Part shown: positions 28,382 to 39,213 of the stretch, one piece after another
Layout of the letters: each line of letters starts with the position of its first letter
Position numbering within the stretch: position 1 is the first letter of the stretch
Origin: Bacteroides sp. UBA1317
Lineage (GTDB): Bacteria > Bacteroidota > Bacteroidia > Bacteroidales > Bacteroidaceae
DNA length: 64,000 bases
Assembly (NCBI GenBank): GCA_002307035.1
Contig: DBTL01000091.1
Location: forward strand, 11,175 to 75,174
Direction: 5' to 3'
Translations under genes and position numbers: made by a program
Notes under the pieces: model-generated
Seen by the model: the letters and a program-made list of their open reading frames with translations, nothing else
The model's database searches: none
Told to the model about the DNA's origin: nothing

Positions 28382-28813
28382 ATGAAACAATATAAGTATA
28401 AAATCAATGGCAACCTTTACAATGTTACAGTAAACGACATTGAAGAAAATGTGGCTCGCGTAGAGGTAAATGGAACTCCATATACAGTAGAGATGGAAAA
28501 GCCTGTAAAAGCTGCTCCAAAGACTATCACCCGCCCCGCAGCTGCACCTAAAACATCGACAGGTGCGCCAGTAGTAGCTAAACCAGCTACAACTTCAACC
28601 AAAAGTGGAGTAAAATCTCCACTACCGGGTGTCATCCTTGACATTAAGGTAAAAGAAGGCGATGCTGTTAAAAAGGGACAACTTATTCTCATTCTCGAAG
28701 CCATGAAAATGGAAAACAATATCAATGCCGACAAAGATGGTGTAGTATCAGCAATCAAAGTAAGTAAAGGTGATTCTGTTTTGGAAGGAACCGACTTAAT
28801 CATAATTGAATAG
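28382..28813 (+). CDS. mmdC: Biotin carboxyl carrier subunit
   Basis: EAMKM biotinylation motif, Ala/Pro linker. Confidence 0.92.
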   Translation: MKQYKYKINGNLYNVTVNDIEENVARVEVNGTPYTVEMEKPVKAAPKTITRPAAAPKTSTGAPVVAKPATTSTKSGVKSPLPGVILDIKVKEGDAVKKGQLILILEAMKMENNINADKDGVVSAIKVSKGDSVLEGTDLIIIE

Positions 28814-28817
28814 TCTT

Positions 28818-29978
28818 ATGGGAGAATTTATTTCATTTATAACTAACAATTTTGCCGATTTCTGGAGCTATACGGGATTCGCTAATGCGAGCTACGGACA
28901 TGGCATTATGATATTGGTAGGATTGTTCTTCCTCTTTCTTGCAATCAAGAAAGACTTTGAGCCGATGCTCCTTATTCCTATCGGATTTGGTATCCTCATC
29001 GGTAACATTCCTTTCAAAATAGACGCCGGCCTTGAAGTAGGGCTATACGAAGAAGGATCGGTACTAAACATTCTCTATCAGGGAGTGAAAACCGGATGGT
29101 ATCCTCCATTGGTATTCTTAGGTATTGGTGCCATGACAGACTTCTCGTCATTGATATCCAACCCGAAATTGATGCTCGTTGGTGCAGCTGCACAATTTGG
29201 TATTTTTGGAGCTTACATGATTGCTTTAGCACTTGGCTTTGAGCCGAATCAGGCAGCTGGTATCGCCATCATTGGTGGTGCAGACGGACCTACCGCCATC
29301 TTCCTCGCCTCTAAGTTAGCTCCAAACCTGATGGGTGCTATTGCCGTATCAGCGTACTCATACATGGCACTGGTTCCGGTTATTCAACCGCCTGTTATGC
29401 GCCTATTGACTACAAAGAAGGAAAGATTAATCCGTATGAAACCTGCTCGTCAAGTATCTCATACAGAGAAAATCATGTTCCCCATCATCGGTTTGCTCCT
29501 CACCTGCTTCCTAGTTCCTTCGGGCCTCCCGCTACTAGGAATGCTTTTCTTTGGTAACTTATTGAAAGAAAGTGGAGTAACCCGTCGTTTGGCCGACACA
29601 GCGAGTGGTCCACTGATTGACTCTATAACGATGCTATTGGGACTAACCGTTGGTGCTTCTACACAAGCAAGTGAATTCTTAACATCCAGTACACTTTATA
29701 TCTTCTTCCTCGGATTTATGGCGTTTATCATTGCCACAGCTTCAGGAGTACTTTTTGTTAAAGCATTCAACCTCATTCTTCCGAAGGCTAAGAAAATCAA
29801 CCCGCTTATTGGTAATGCAGGGGTATCGGCTGTACCAATGTCGGCGCGTATTTCGCAAAACATTGGCTTGGAATATGACCCAACCAATTACCTATTGATG
29901 CATGCCATGGGGCCGAACGTAGCAGGAGTTATTGGTTCTGCCGTTGCAGCTGGTGTACTACTCGGGTTCTTGATTTAA
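28818..29978 (+). CDS. mmdB: Na+-translocating decarboxylase beta subunit
   Basis: EPMLLIPIGFG, IIGGADGPT, AMGPNVAGVIGSA. Confidence 0.93.
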   Translation: MGEFISFITNNFADFWSYTGFANASYGHGIMILVGLFFLFLAIKKDFEPMLLIPIGFGILIGNIPFKIDAGLEVGLYEEGSVLNILYQGVKTGWYPPLVFLGIGAMTDFSSLISNPKLMLVGAAAQFGIFGAYMIALALGFEPNQAAGIAIIGGADGPTAIFLASKLAPNLMGAIAVSAYSYMALVPVIQPPVMRLLTTKKERLIRMKPARQVSHTEKIMFPIIGLLLTCFLVPSGLPLLGMLFFGNLLKESGVTRRLADTASGPLIDSITMLLGLTVGASTQASEFLTSSTLYIFFLGFMAFIIATASGVLFVKAFNLILPKAKKINPLIGNAGVSAVPMSARISQNIGLEYDPTNYLLMHAMGPNVAGVIGSAVAAGVLLGFLI

Positions 29979-30009
29979 CCTGTTTTCATTATTATTTTAT
30001 TATACGCGA

Positions 30010-30050
30010 GACCGCCTTCATCCTTCATTGTAAGGAAGAGGCGGTTTTTT
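30010..30050 (+). terminator. Terminator of the mmd operon
   Basis: ACCGCCT...AGGCGGT stem followed by a T-run. Confidence 0.7.
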
Positions 30051-30175
30051 ATGTTTTCAATAATTGCTTCCACTAAAAAACATTAAACACAAAAAATAGA
30101 ACTACGATTATTACGTAAATAGTAGATTATTAGTATATTGCGCTCAAATAAGTGAAATACAATACATTATAATCT

Positions 30176-31501
30176 ATGAAACAAATAGTAACATTAATCC
30201 TACTTTGTGTCTGTGCCATCACAAAAGCGCAAGGTCTTGTTTCTATTCAAGAAGCAATTGCAAACTATGATTACGAAACAGCACTTAAACTTATTGTAAA
30301 AGAAAAAACAGTTACCACCAAACTTTTATTTCAAAAAGCACAAGCCTTAAAAGGGCTCAACTTGCTGACCGATGCACTGGAGACATTACGAAAAGTAACA
30401 ACGACAGAACCAGAGAACCAACGTGCACTCGTAGAAATGGCCGAATGTTATAAGCTGTTAGGTAACTTTACAGGAGCACTCGGCTGTTACGAAAAAGTGC
30501 TTCAATCAAATCCAATCAACAAATATGCTCGTCTGCAACAAATCAACCTACTGTGTAGTTTAGAGCGCTTCAAAGTCGGTAAATCAGCATGTGAAGAGCT
30601 AATGAAAAGTGACAGTTCAGTTGTATCAAAGCGTTTGCTAGCCCAATGTTATGAAGGTTTAGAAGAATCAGATTCAGCCATTACCTGCTACAACACAATC
30701 TTGCAAACCACACCTGAAGATTATCTCTCCGCCGCTCGCCTAGCCAATCTATACATTAAAATAAATAAATTAGAATCAGCCATCAAATGTACAGAAGCTT
30801 ATCGGGAAAGAGATACCACCAACCTATTTGTAAACAAACAAAATGCACTAGCTTATTGTCTAAACGGAGACTATCCTATAGCTATCAAACGTTATGAATA
30901 CCTTGTCAATCAAGGAGATTCAAGTCGCCTCACCTGCCACTATTTAGGTATATGTTATTACGCCACTGAGGATTTCTACGCAGCACATGATTTCCTAGGT
31001 ATTGCCCTCAAGAGTGATCCCAAAAACGTAAACTTGCTCTACTACATGGCTCGGGCCTGCGCCAAAACATCGTGGAAAAAACAGGGAGTAGAATACATGA
31101 ACCAAGCGATTCAGCTCACAATACCTTCGGATACTACCCTGACCCGCCTCTACATTGGATTGGCCGACTGCTATAAATTAGCAAGAATGCCTCAAAAGCA
31201 GATTGAAGCTCTGCAGGAGCAATACAAATATGACAGTAGAAACACTAAGTTGCTTTATCAAATGGGTGCTCTGTATCAGGATGCATTGAAGGATAATAAA
31301 AAAGCCGAGCACTATCTGGAAATGTATCTCAAAACCAAACCTAAAGAAAATATGGAAGAAACAGCCCAACTCAACAACAAAGGAGAAATAGAAGTAGGCG
31401 AGACAGCTTATTATAACGCAGCGATAAAGCGTTTGGAGCAAATACGTAAAGACAGATTTTTCAAAGAAGGTATTCCCAAAAGAATTGAAGAAGGTTTCTA
31501 G
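30176..31501 (+). CDS. Secreted tetratricopeptide repeat protein
   Basis: Signal peptide and multiple TPR-like helical repeats. Confidence 0.8.
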   Translation: MKQIVTLILLCVCAITKAQGLVSIQEAIANYDYETALKLIVKEKTVTTKLLFQKAQALKGLNLLTDALETLRKVTTTEPENQRALVEMAECYKLLGNFTGALGCYEKVLQSNPINKYARLQQINLLCSLERFKVGKSACEELMKSDSSVVSKRLLAQCYEGLEESDSAITCYNTILQTTPEDYLSAARLANLYIKINKLESAIKCTEAYRERDTTNLFVNKQNALAYCLNGDYPIAIKRYEYLVNQGDSSRLTCHYLGICYYATEDFYAAHDFLGIALKSDPKNVNLLYYMARACAKTSWKKQGVEYMNQAIQLTIPSDTTLTRLYIGLADCYKLARMPQKQIEALQEQYKYDSRNTKLLYQMGALYQDALKDNKKAEHYLEMYLKTKPKENMEETAQLNNKGEIEVGETAYYNAAIKRLEQIRKDRFFKEGIPKRIEEGF

Positions 31502-31508
31502 TAAGCAA

Positions 31509-31522
31509 TGAAAACGTTTGCA
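31509..31522. promoter_or_regulatory. Putative LacI-family operator upstream of the SusA-like GH13
   Basis: TGAAAACGTTTGCA; 12/14 identical to the site at 50692-50705. Confidence 0.65.
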
Positions 31523-31627
31523 TAAATATATCATTGATAATAGAGATAGAAAGAAGATAAATTTGATAAACATATGCTATATTAGTGGAGTTAATACATA
31601 ATAATACGTAAATAACCCACTAATATT

Positions 31628-33484
31628 ATGAAAAAAGGTCTCTTCTTGCTAAGTTATTTATTACTATTCTTTAGTATTCATGCAGCTATAGCCATGAATG
31701 TGAATAAAATTGACCCACCGTTCTGGTATGCCGGGATGCAAAACCCTGAATTGCAATTAATGGTATATGGCGAAGGAATCGGGAATGCTTCCGTATCGGT
31801 TCATTATCCGGGAGTTTCTCTTGGAAGTATCGTAAAGCTTGAAAGCAATAACTACCTGCTGATATATCTGACACTGGATAAAAATGTAAAACCCGGTAAG
31901 ATACAACTAACTTTCAACCAGGGGAAAAAGAAAATCATTAAAGAATACGAGCTAAAGGCCCGCCAAATGAAAGGAAGCGAACGCAAAGGTTTTGATGCCT
32001 CGGACGCTCTTTATCTGCTGATGCCCGATCGCTTTGCTAATGGCAATCCGGATAACGACCAAGTGAAAGGAATGGCTCCTTATACCGTAGACCGCAATGA
32101 TCCGAATGCACGTCATGGAGGCGACTTAGCGGGTGTGGAACAACATCTTGATTATTTCTCTGATCTAGGTATCACTGCTCTATGGTTCACTCCGGTATTG
32201 GAAAACAACATGACGGGCGGTTCTTATCATGGCTATGCCACCACTAATTATTATAATGTAGACCCTCGATTCGGCACGAACGAAGAATATAAATCACTGA
32301 TCGAAAAGGCACATGGCAAAGGAATAAAGATGGTGATGGACATGATCTTCAACCACTGCGGCGTAGAACATCCATGGATAAAAGATATGCCATCCAAAGA
32401 TTGGTTTAACCATTCCGACTTTAAAACAAACTTTGTGCAGACTTCTTTTAAGCTCACCCCACATGTCGACCCGTATGCTTCACAATATGATTTCAGCCAG
32501 ATGAACAACGGGTGGTTTGTAACTGCCATGCCTGATCTCAACCAACAAAATCCACATGTGTATCGCTATCTGGTACAAAACAGCTTCTGGTGGATAGAAT
32601 ATTCAGGAATAGACGGCATACGCATGGATACCTACCCTTATGCTAATTATGAAGCAATGAGCAATTGGATGAAAGAACTCAACGAAGAGTATCCTAATTA
32701 CAATGTAGTAGGCGAAACTTGGGTTACGGAACCAGCCTACACTGCTTGGTGGCAAAAGGATTCCAAACTATCCGCACCACAAAATAGCAATCTAAAGACA
32801 GTAATGGATTTTAGTTTATTCGATAAGATAAATACAGCGAAAAGCGAAGAAACGGACCCCTACTTTACCGGACTGAATCGTATCTATAACAATTTTGTAT
32901 ATGATTTCCTATATCCCAATCCAGCTTCCGTACTAGCATTCTACGAGAATCATGATACCGACAGATTTCTTGGTGATGGACAAGATATAAAAGCATTGAA
33001 GCAAGCAGTTACTTTGCTACTTACCACTCGCCGCATCCCTCAACTCTATTATGGAACAGAAGTGATGATGAATGGCATCAAAGGTAAGAGCGATGGCTAT
33101 GTACGGAAAGACTTTCCAGGAGGATGGGCCGGAGATAAAGAGAATCTATTTACCTCTTCAGGAAGAGACAAGGTTCAAGACGAGTGCTACAACTTCTACC
33201 GCACCATCCTGAAATGGCGCAAAGACAACGATATAATCTCCAAAGGAAACATGATTCAGTTTATACCACAAAATGGGATATATGTTTACGCCCGCCAATA
33301 CAATGGCAAAACAGTGATAGTGGTGCTCAACGGAACCAATAAGCAGGCAATCCTCCCAATCAATTATTACGCTGAAATATTCAAAGACAAGCTGCAAGGA
33401 AAAGAGATCATTAGCGGACAAACGATAGAATTGGACAAAGAAATGCTTATTTCCGCCAGAGAATCAATGATTATTGAGTTGTAA
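31628..33484 (+). CDS. GH13 neopullulanase/cyclomaltodextrinase (SusA-like), secreted
   Basis: PPFWYAGM N-domain, MPDRFANG, YHGY, DGIRMDT (nucleophile), VGETW, ENHDTDR. Confidence 0.92.
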   Translation: MKKGLFLLSYLLLFFSIHAAIAMNVNKIDPPFWYAGMQNPELQLMVYGEGIGNASVSVHYPGVSLGSIVKLESNNYLLIYLTLDKNVKPGKIQLTFNQGKKKIIKEYELKARQMKGSERKGFDASDALYLLMPDRFANGNPDNDQVKGMAPYTVDRNDPNARHGGDLAGVEQHLDYFSDLGITALWFTPVLENNMTGGSYHGYATTNYYNVDPRFGTNEEYKSLIEKAHGKGIKMVMDMIFNHCGVEHPWIKDMPSKDWFNHSDFKTNFVQTSFKLTPHVDPYASQYDFSQMNNGWFVTAMPDLNQQNPHVYRYLVQNSFWWIEYSGIDGIRMDTYPYANYEAMSNWMKELNEEYPNYNVVGETWVTEPAYTAWWQKDSKLSAPQNSNLKTVMDFSLFDKINTAKSEETDPYFTGLNRIYNNFVYDFLYPNPASVLAFYENHDTDRFLGDGQDIKALKQAVTLLLTTRRIPQLYYGTEVMMNGIKGKSDGYVRKDFPGGWAGDKENLFTSSGRDKVQDECYNFYRTILKWRKDNDIISKGNMIQFIPQNGIYVYARQYNGKTVIVVLNGTNKQAILPINYYAEIFKDKLQGKEIISGQTIELDKEMLISARESMIIEL

Positions 33485-33674
33485 GGAGATTATGAGATAA
33501 TAGATTATCATATCTACAGAGCCTCTACAAGGGGTTATTAGAGCGTTGATAGAGAATTAGTTATTCAGCATGCTTAAGTTATAAGCTCAACGAAAAAAAG
33601 CCTGTTTGTTAATATAAAGATACCATACTGCAATAAGTTAGCATTAAATTGAATTAAACGTCTCCTTCTTATGC

Positions 33675-33720
33675 AAAAAGAATCCCCGATTATTCTTCTA
33701 AGAGAATTATCGGGGATTTC
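33675..33720 (-). terminator. Terminator of fba (possibly bidirectional)
   Basis: AATCCCCGAT...ATCGGGGATT stem with an A5 tract on the left. Confidence 0.75.
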
Positions 33721-33751
33721 TATGTTTAAAGGTGTTATTTTAATCTTTCGA

Positions 33752-34753
33752 TTATTCAGCTAGTTTGCCAGCTGAACCAAGTACACTCTCAATTTTATGT
33801 TTGTAGAGCTTCTTCATGTTGTCACGAGCCGGTCCTAGATATTTACGAGGATCGAATTCAGCTGGTTTTTCGGCAAATACCTTACGAACAGCAGCTGTCA
33901 TAGCCAAACGGCTATCTGAGTCGATGTTGATTTTGCAAACAGCAGAAGCAGCAGCTTTACGAAGTTCTTCTTCAGGGATACCGATAGCATCCTTCATTGC
34001 ACCACCATATTTGTTGATTGTTTCAATTTCTTCTTCAGGCACTGAAGAAGATCCATGAAGAACGATAGGAAATCCTGGAAGTTCTTTCATTACGCCATCC
34101 AATACATCGAATGCCAATGGAGGAGGAATCAAACGACCGTTAGCATCACGAGTACATTGGTCCGGAGTAAATTTATTAGCACCATGAGAAGTACCGATAG
34201 AGATAGCCAAACTATCGCAACCTGTTTTAGTAACGAAGTCAACGACTTCTTCTGGTTTTGTATATGTGTGATGGTCAGCAGAAACTTCATCTTCAACTCC
34301 GGCAAGCACACCGAGTTCGCCTTCTACAGTAACATCAAACTGATGAGCATATTCTACTACTTTCTTTGTAAGAGCAACGTTTTCATCATAAGGAAGATGA
34401 GAACCATCGATCATCACAGAAGAGAAACCCATATCAATGCATGATTTGCAAGTTTCCAATGAATCACCATGATCAAGGTGCAACACGATTTCAGGTTTTG
34501 CACAACCTAATTCTTTAGCATATTCAACAGCACCTTCGGCCATGTAACGAAGCAAAGTTTGGTTTGCATAAGCACGGGCACCTTTAGAAACCTGAAGGAT
34601 AACAGGAGATTTGGTTTCTGAAGCAGCCATGATAATCGCTTGTAGCTGTTCCATATTATTAAAGTTAAAAGCAGGAATTGCATATCCGCCTTTAATTGCT
34701 TTGGCAAACATCTCTCTGGTGTTTACAAGGCCTAAATCTTTGTAACTAATCAT
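33752..34753 (-). CDS. fba: Class II fructose-bisphosphate aldolase
   Basis: HLDHG, SSVMIDGS, EGELG, GTSHG, VLHGSS, KINIDSD. Confidence 0.97.
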   Translation of the reverse strand: MISYKDLGLVNTREMFAKAIKGGYAIPAFNFNNMEQLQAIIMAASETKSPVILQVSKGARAYANQTLLRYMAEGAVEYAKELGCAKPEIVLHLDHGDSLETCKSCIDMGFSSVMIDGSHLPYDENVALTKKVVEYAHQFDVTVEGELGVLAGVEDEVSADHHTYTKPEEVVDFVTKTGCDSLAISIGTSHGANKFTPDQCTRDANGRLIPPPLAFDVLDGVMKELPGFPIVLHGSSSVPEEEIETINKYGGAMKDAIGIPEEELRKAAASAVCKINIDSDSRLAMTAAVRKVFAEKPAEFDPRKYLGPARDNMKKLYKHKIESVLGSAGKLAE

Positions 34754-34957
34754 GTTTTTACTATTTATTGTTAGTGAATTAAAAATCTACGCAAAAGTAA
34801 GAATAATAGTTTAAATAGAAGAACCGGACAATAACAAATCTCCGATTAATATCCACATTTAAAGTCAATTACAGAGAATTAAGTTCTATTCCACAATAGA
34901 TTGTAATCTCGATGTAGCAATCAGCTTTATCTATTGCATAACCTTTGCATTTTGTTA

Positions 34958-35003
34958 ATAAACAAACAGACCGTGGCGTGTGTTTATACGCTACGGTCTG
35001 TTT
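34958..35003 (-). terminator. Terminator of the EEP nuclease gene
   Basis: AAACAGACCGTGGCGT...ACGCTACGGTCTGTTT stem. Confidence 0.65.
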
Positions 35004-35030
35004 ATAGATTATTATAAAAAAGAAGCTCAC

Positions 35031-36047
35031 CTATTTCGTCAAATAGATAATGGTTGGTAAATGATCGCTATAGCCATTTAGCCAAGTTTTACCACCATGC
35101 GTTCGCAATGGAGAACCCTTATATTTACCTTCCTGTTCAAACAAGTACGGACGCATAAAGACTTCATTATGGTCATATTTCAAACCCTTCTTTGCATGAA
35201 GCAGCGAAGAAGAAATCATGATCTGATCAAATAAATTCCATTTTCCACGGTAGAGCAAAGTTCCGACTCCTTTATCTTCAAGCGTTTCCCACCAAGGGTT
35301 ATAGATATCTTTGTTTTTTACCTCTTTCTGATACTTCTTGGCACCCAAGGTAACAGCCACACTTTCGTCCATCGGATCATCATTCAGATCTCCCATCACA
35401 ATAAGTTTCAGGTGCTTATTCTCATGCAACAATGAATCTTTAAGAACTTTGACTTGCTCTGCCGCACGAACACGAGCGGGCGAAGCAGCTCCACGAGAAG
35501 GCCAATGATTGACAATAACACAAACATCATCTCCCGCTAACTCCCCTCTCACAATCAAGAATCCACGAGTCTTATGAACCGTATCATTCACATAGATATA
35601 TGGGGCCAATTTACTCGAAGTTACTTTAAATAATTTAGGATTATAAAGCAAAGCACAATCGATGCCACGCTTGTCCGGTCCTTCATAATGAACGATTTTA
35701 TACCCCGTAGACACTAATAATGGTTGTTTCACCAAATCGTTGAGCACACGATCATTTTCAACTTCTGCCACCCCTATGACAGAAGGGCCGTCAGCTACTT
35801 TATCACGAGAAAGTTCACTTAATACTCTGGACATATTTCTTAATTTCGCCTCATATTTAGCAGAAGTCCATTTCATATCGCCATCCGGCAGAAATTCAAA
35901 ATCATCTTTCCCTGTATCATGAACAGTATCAAACAGGTTTTCTAAATTATAAAACGCCACACTGTAAAGTGAAGGCTTGTTTTCCTGAGCAACACTGGTA
36001 GCAACAAACAATAGCAACAAATTAAATATAACAACCAATTTCTTCAT
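35031..36047 (-). CDS. Secreted endonuclease/exonuclease/phosphatase family protein
   Basis: Signal peptide; FYNLENLFD, NHWPSR, MGDLND, GYSDHLP. Confidence 0.92.
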   Translation of the reverse strand: MKKLVVIFNLLLLFVATSVAQENKPSLYSVAFYNLENLFDTVHDTGKDDFEFLPDGDMKWTSAKYEAKLRNMSRVLSELSRDKVADGPSVIGVAEVENDRVLNDLVKQPLLVSTGYKIVHYEGPDKRGIDCALLYNPKLFKVTSSKLAPYIYVNDTVHKTRGFLIVRGELAGDDVCVIVNHWPSRGAASPARVRAAEQVKVLKDSLLHENKHLKLIVMGDLNDDPMDESVAVTLGAKKYQKEVKNKDIYNPWWETLEDKGVGTLLYRGKWNLFDQIMISSSLLHAKKGLKYDHNEVFMRPYLFEQEGKYKGSPLRTHGGKTWLNGYSDHLPTIIYLTK

Positions 36048-36237
36048 ACTTCTTTATAATAGATTATATTTTCCTTATGAAGAGCAAAAGTCACAAAAAA
36101 AAAGCAAATAGCTATTTTTATCGAAGACTTTTTTTTCTATATCCAACAAAAGCATTATCTTTGCGCTCTGAAAAGAACCATTACACTATTCTTACCAAAT
36201 AGTAAAACGAAATAATAATTAAAAAACAAATACTGAA

Positions 36238-36492
36238 ATGAAAAAAGGTATTCATCCAGAATCATACCGTCCGGTAGCATTCAAAGATATGTCGAATGGT
36301 GATGTATTTTTATCACAATCTACTTGCAACACCAAAGAAACTATCGAATTCGAAGGTGAAACTTATCCGCTAGTGAAACTTGAAATTTCAAGCACTTCAC
36401 ACCCGTTCTACACTGGTAAGTCTAAATTGGTAGACACAGCAGGTCGCGTTGATAAGTTCATGAACCGTTACGGTGACCGCAAAAAGAAATAA
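36238..36492 (+). CDS. rpmE: 50S ribosomal protein L31, type B
   Basis: [27 protein letters not shown]; no Zn-ribbon CxxC pairs. Confidence 0.97.
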   Translation: MKKGIHPESYRPVAFKDMSNGDVFLSQSTCNTKETIEFEGETYPLVKLEISSTSHPFYTGKSKLVDTAGRVDKFMNRYGDRKKK

Positions 36493-36514
36493 TCCGTCAG
36501 GTATAAAGACTGAT

Positions 36515-36552
36515 AAAAAAGAGGAGATTCTCAAAAGGATCTCCTCTTTTTT
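36515..36552 (+). terminator. Terminator of rpmE
   Basis: AAAAAAGAGGAGAT...ATCTCCTCTTTTTT. Confidence 0.85.
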
Positions 36553-36699
36553 GTTCGACTAAACCGAGCTAGACACCTTTGATTCGGAAAAATCGAGCGA
36601 GATAATTTTATTTTTGAGGGAAGCCTCATTATTTCCCTTAAGCAAAGATATTATTCCAAAAATTCACGTACATTTGCAGCCGTTTTTATTCTATACCAC

Positions 36700-39096
36700 A
36701 TGATGATAAACTTTGATACCCATAAATGGGTTTCACGCGGGAAAAGCGTTTTCTATCTCTTGACTAGTAAATGCAAAGCCGGATGGACCTGGTACAAACA
36801 AGCATACCGACGGTCTCCGTGGTACAAAAAGACTTTACTTGTCATAGCGACTTTTGTTCTCTCGTTCATGCTCTATCTGGCAATGGTAGACATTAACTTC
36901 CTCTGGCTATTCGGCAAATCTCCCGGACTAGCAAGCATTCACAACCCCGAACAACCTGTAGCTTCGGAAATATATAGCGAAGACGGAAAGCTTATCGGCA
37001 AATTCTTCAAGGAGAATAGAACACCGGTAAAATTTGAAGAGATCTCTCCCAAGCTCATTAAAACATTGATTAGTACTGAAGACGAACGTTTTTACGAGCA
37101 CTTCGGCGTTGATCTTCAAGGAGTATTCTCAGCCGTTAAAGATATGGCGAGCGGACGGGCACGTGGCGCCAGCACCATCACTCAGCAACTGGTGAAGAAT
37201 ATGTTTAAAGTGCGTTCGCAATATTCTACCGGTTTATTGGGATATATTCCGGGAGTGAAATTACTCATCATGAAATCGAAAGAATGGATTACGGCTGTCA
37301 AGATAGAAATGTTCTATACCAAGCAGGAGATTCTGACAATGTATCTCAACACAGTCGATTTCGGTAGCAATGCTTATGGCATCAATACAGCTTGTACTAC
37401 TTACTTCCACACCACCCCTAAAAACATCACTTACGAGCAAGCAGCCACTCTTGTGGGTTTGCTAAAAGCAACTACAACTTATAACCCAAAGCTCAATCCC
37501 AAAAACAGCTTAAAGCGGCGAAACGTTGTGCTGGAGAATTTACTGTCCCACCATGTCATCTCGCATACTGAATTTGATTCTTTAAAGCAAATTCCAATGC
37601 AGCTTAATTTCAACATAGAGAGCAATTACGATGGTCAGGGGCCTTATTTCCGAGAGGCAGTAGCACAATCACTTGAGACATGGTGTAAAGAAAACAATAT
37701 AGATTTATATGCTGACGGTCTGAAGATATACACCACCATCAATACACGCATGCAGAAGTACGCAGAAGAAGCTGTAGATAAGCAGATGCGAGTTGTGCAA
37801 CGTAATTTCAACAATCATTGGGGACGTGAAAATCCTTGGCGAGACCGTAACCATCAAGAGATACCTAACTTTATAGAAGATCTGGCTAAACGGACAGTAG
37901 CCTACAAGCAACTGGAACTAAAATTCTCGGATCGCCCAGACTCCATTACTTATTATTTGAACAAACCTCACCGTCTGAAAGTGTTCGATTATGACAAGGG
38001 AACGCGTGACACCACGATCAGTACAATGGATTCCATCCGCTACATGGAACGCTATATGCACTGCGGTTTTGTAGCCATGGAACCACAAAACGGACATGTA
38101 AAAGCATGGGTGGGCGATATTAACTTCAATTCGTGGAAGTATGACAAAGTATTGTCTAAACGTCAACCCGGATCAACATTCAAACTCTTCGTTTATTCCG
38201 CTGCCATGAACATGGGGCTTTCTCCTTGTGATGAGCGTATCGACCAATATCTGGCATGGGATGTTATAGAGAAGGGAGTACCAAAAAAATGGATTCCTCG
38301 TAATGCCAACGGTGCATTTACGGGAGATACTCTATCGTTGAAAGCAGCCTTTGCACGTTCTATCAATACCATTGCCGTACAATTAGCGAAAGAGGTCGGC
38401 ATACACAATGTTGCACTGACGGCACATGCCATGGGCATAAAGACTCCATTAGAAGAAACCCCGGCTCTAAGTCTCGGAGCCTCAGACGTTTCACTATTAG
38501 AGCTAGTAAATGCTTATGGCACAGTTATCAACGATGGTATGGAACAAGATCCCGTACTAGTAACACGTATTGAAGATCAAAACGGAAATGTGCTTTACAA
38601 TTACAGGCCTCAACAAACACAAGCGATACCCTATGAGACCGCTTTTTTAATGACAGAAATGCTCAAAGCAGGATTGACAGAACCTCTGGGTACTTCGCAA
38701 GCATTGTGGGCGTTCGATTTATTCAAGTATGATACCGAGTTTGGAGGTAAAACAGGAACATCTTCCAACCATTCCGATGCTTGGTTTGTAGGTGTAACTC
38801 CAAAACTGGTTGGTGGCGCATGGGTTGGTGGCGAACACCGTAGCATCCACTTCCGAACAGGAGAACTGGGGCAAGGAAGTCGCACTGCCCTGCCTATATT
38901 TGGCTATTTCATGGAGAAAGTGCTCAAAGATAAATCAATGGCAAAGTATCGCGAAAAGTTTCCTAAGCCGAAACAACCAATAACGAAATCATACCAATGC
39001 CGAACTATCTATCATAAACGAGATACCGATTCTATAGCGGTTGCCCTTCCTGATAGCCTAGCTAATACAGAAGAAGTAAATATAACCGTAGAATAA
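36700..39096 (+). CDS. Class A penicillin-binding protein (PBP1A-like)
   Basis: Transglycosylase EDERFYEH, GASTITQQL; transpeptidase STFK (SxxK), SIN (SxN), KTG. Confidence 0.95.
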   Translation: MMINFDTHKWVSRGKSVFYLLTSKCKAGWTWYKQAYRRSPWYKKTLLVIATFVLSFMLYLAMVDINFLWLFGKSPGLASIHNPEQPVASEIYSEDGKLIGKFFKENRTPVKFEEISPKLIKTLISTEDERFYEHFGVDLQGVFSAVKDMASGRARGASTITQQLVKNMFKVRSQYSTGLLGYIPGVKLLIMKSKEWITAVKIEMFYTKQEILTMYLNTVDFGSNAYGINTACTTYFHTTPKNITYEQAATLVGLLKATTTYNPKLNPKNSLKRRNVVLENLLSHHVISHTEFDSLKQIPMQLNFNIESNYDGQGPYFREAVAQSLETWCKENNIDLYADGLKIYTTINTRMQKYAEEAVDKQMRVVQRNFNNHWGRENPWRDRNHQEIPNFIEDLAKRTVAYKQLELKFSDRPDSITYYLNKPHRLKVFDYDKGTRDTTISTMDSIRYMERYMHCGFVAMEPQNGHVKAWVGDINFNSWKYDKVLSKRQPGSTFKLFVYSAAMNMGLSPCDERIDQYLAWDVIEKGVPKKWIPRNANGAFTGDTLSLKAAFARSINTIAVQLAKEVGIHNVALTAHAMGIKTPLEETPALSLGASDVSLLELVNAYGTVINDGMEQDPVLVTRIEDQNGNVLYNYRPQQTQAIPYETAFLMTEMLKAGLTEPLGTSQALWAFDLFKYDTEFGGKTGTSSNHSDAWFVGVTPKLVGGAWVGGEHRSIHFRTGELGQGSRTALPIFGYFMEKVLKDKSMAKYREKFPKPKQPITKSYQCRTIYHKRDTDSIAVALPDSLANTEEVNITVE

Positions 39097-39213
39097 TCCT
39101 TCATCATTTATAGCTATTTCTACTCACACAATACCTAGATAAGGGGATTTATCAGAAAGAACTTATGCACTTACTTTGCATAAGTTTTTTTTAGGTAAAT
39201 TAATAGGTATTAT

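Noticed and set aside
25361-29978. Two Na+-pumping decarboxylase operons in one window (with 56308-59705), and an LTD-fused OadG-like subunit
   Set aside because: To my knowledge both operons and the fusion are standard in Bacteroides.
36238-36492. Zn-independent L31 as a zinc-starvation paralog
   Set aside because: Type B is the usual L31 in Bacteroidetes, and I saw no Zur-like box.
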